The notes beneath the pieces are model-generated. The model was not told where the DNA came from, searched no databases, and saw nothing but the letters and a program-made list of their open reading frames with translations. Shown here piece by piece: positions 61,701 to 64,000 of a stretch of 64,000 nucleotides of DNA. The translations under genes were made by a program, and so were the position numbers. Source of the DNA: Lingula anatina (Eukaryota > Animalia > Brachiopoda); NCBI GenBank assembly GCA_051362555.1, contig CM120642.1, positions 5,456,001 to 5,520,000 on the forward strand, written 5' to 3'. Numbering within the stretch: the stretch's first letter is position 1; the number at the start of each line of letters is the position of its first letter.

Positions 61701-63303
61701 TTTATTGTACCACCAGCGTTAGCGCTGGCGGTACACATGGTTTTAGTCCCGTCCGGATCGTTCCGCCGGCTCCGCCGGCTCCGCCGGACGGCTACCGTTA
61801 CCGCTTCTCCTCCTAGACGGTAAGGGCCCCCGTACCCATCTCTTGGATTTAGGTCACCTATAATCTCAACTCGTTCCACGTAAAATTTGGGCTTTGTCGG
61901 TTTTGGGGTCTAGGTGTGGCACTCATTGCAATGCACCCTTGTCTAAAAATGGCAAAATTAAATGCTAATTATCTACCCTACGGAAGGAATTATGGGAAAA
62001 ATTTCTACAGACGGCTTTCCAAAAGTCATATGTGTAGATTTCAAATATGCCCTTGGATTTGACCTTTGACCTTTATTTCAAGGTCAAACGGGCCAAAATT
62101 TTCAAAAAAATGATTTTTTTACGAAAAAAAAATTATTTGCCCTGTTATTCAGACACCACACAGACTTAACCAATAATATTATTGGAAAGTGTAACCCTTC
62201 AGGTCATCTTTCATCTCCGTGAATTTGGGGTCAATCGGTGCATTTTCACGGGAGTAGCGGCCATAAGATACCGAAACTGAAAACTGTCTCTAATTCGGGA
62301 ACCGTTAATGCTAGAGACCCATTCTTTTTTGCATTCTGTAGAACATGTAAAGCCCAACACTGATAGTGGTCTCGGTTTTTTTGTATTCCATACGGTTTTC
62401 GAGTTACGCTGTATCAAAAAGTACATATTGGTGGTGAAAGCAAAATGTGCAGTACGGTAATGGATAATAAATTTTGAAATCCGGAAAAATAAAACATAAG
62501 GCTTGGCAAAGCAGACAACTTGTGGTCAAAAATGACATTATTTCATCAATTTTGAAAATCTGGAACTTCAGAACACTTCCCATTTCAAGAATTTTGACCG
62601 AAATGACCTTTTCTTTATTTTATTTAATTTTTTCTGTAGGAAATTTATGGCACATTATGGTAACTCCAAAATTATAACATTTAATCCCTTATATCTCCAA
62701 AACTGGCAGAGATAGGTCCATAGTTACTATTGAAGTTGAATAGGAAGTCATATACTGGCAATCTAAATGTGACCTTAAAATTGACTTTTGACCTACTTTT
62801 CACCATGAACTGAACTTTGCAAACTTTGCTTCCATTTTATCTCCAAAACTGGCAGAGATAGGTCCATAGTTGCTATTGAACATGAATAGGGAGTCATGTA
62901 CTGGCAATCTAAATGTGACCTTGAAATTGACCTTTGACCTACTTTTCACCATGAACTGATCTTTGCAAATTTTGCTTCCCTTTTATCTCCAAAACTGGCA
63001 GAGATAGGTCCATAGTTACTATTGAAGTTGAATAGGAAGTCATATACTGGCAATCTTACTGTGACCTTGAAATTGACCTTTGACCTACCTTACGATGAAC
63101 TTAACTTTGATTGTACCATTTTTAGTCATGTATATTTTTTGCATATTTTGAAAATTCTTGTTGATTGCATTTTTACAGCTTGTCAAGCACAAGACTGGTG
63201 GCTGTGTCCCTTATTTTGTGTATGTGGGGGTCTATACGAATGCGCTTGCTCCAGCTGGTGGTACAATATTCGGAGGCGGTATCGCCTCTCTGATGCTCTA
63301 GTT
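61701..63303 (+). mobile_element. HINE-like family B, full-length uninterrupted copy
   Basis: Both termini present, about three 146-bp units. Confidence 0.9.
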
Positions 63304-63439
63304 GATTGTTAGATTTTGACGAATGACTAAAATGACCAAAACTAATTTAGTAGAATTAAGTTTAGATAGTTAAAGTAGGTTTTGGCTGTTAAATAGTGCC
63401 GATAGATTGTTGAATTGACGTCTGCATTTTTTGCGTGAA

Positions 63440-63640
63440 TGGCGTTCCATAGAGTAACGGTGCGCGTATAACGGCAATTTTACAGGGGGTTTATCGATGC
63501 GGGGATCTATCGGTGTGGGGTCGTATCGATGAGCATAATGCAAAAATTTACTAAGGGGGAGTATCGGTGAGGGGGAGTAACGGTGCGGGGGAGTATCGGT
63601 GCGGGGGAGTAACGGTGCGGGGGAGTATCGGCATGAACCC
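63440..63640 (-). mobile_element. Second terminus of the MULE-like family
   Basis: Reverse complement of about 54137-54310. Confidence 0.85.
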
Positions 63641-64000
63641 CCTTTAAAGAGCACATAGGTGTCATGTTTATAGTGAATAAAAGTAAAGATATGTGTGTAC
63701 TGATTTGTCTCAAGGCTAGGAGACCAGACAAAGATTAGAATACATACAATAATGCTAATTGAAATTACCTTGTTCAGCCTGTTCACTTCTCAGGCGGAGA
63801 GAGGATACAGTGCTCTCAAAAGAATTGAATCTGACTGGAGGTCGTTTAGGGAATATTATGCTTAAGTTAACAAAATTTTGACAGCAGTTTTATAAGGGTC
63901 AAGTTCTGATGATCATTTAGTCAAGTAATCTATCATCCACTGGGTGCCAGGGTGGCTCTCTGGGAAAACAGCCCAATTTTGAACTTTGAACTTAAAATTG
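63641..64000 (+). mobile_element. Second copy of the hAT relic (dimerisation-domain region), runs off the window
   Basis: Reverse-complement match to about 56940-57291; IMLIEITL..TSQAERGYSALKRIESDWRS. Confidence 0.8.

Overview
AT-rich, intron-containing animal genomic DNA. It is probably a lophotrochozoan such as a mollusc, inferred from repeat types and domain repertoire, not proven. Bases 398-16953 (+) hold the 3' 27 exons of one phase-consistent gene (4358 nt, about 1450 aa in the window, 5' end outside) for a mosaic extracellular protein: C-type lectin, SUEL lectin, an unnamed Cys-rich module, three resistin/RELM-like domains, five PAN/apple domains, GCC2/ephrin-type Cys repeats and an IgGFc-binding N-terminal domain. 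Twice, whole domains are nested inside another domain at symmetric phase-1 introns. From 17.5 kb on the window is a dense, nested transposon field: a Tc1 foldback relic, a Kolobok-like element holding three tiers of HINE/DINE-like elements, a decayed Bel/Pao element, a decayed Mag-type gypsy, and a MULE-like element with a 9-bp TSD carrying a hAT relic. The Bel/Pao element is interrupted by an apparently intact env-bearing Ty3/gypsy (errantivirus-like) provirus with identical LTRs. One intronless gene for a small secreted TSP1-like Cys-rich protein lies at 53106-53651 (-). All calls are by eye; no database search was run.
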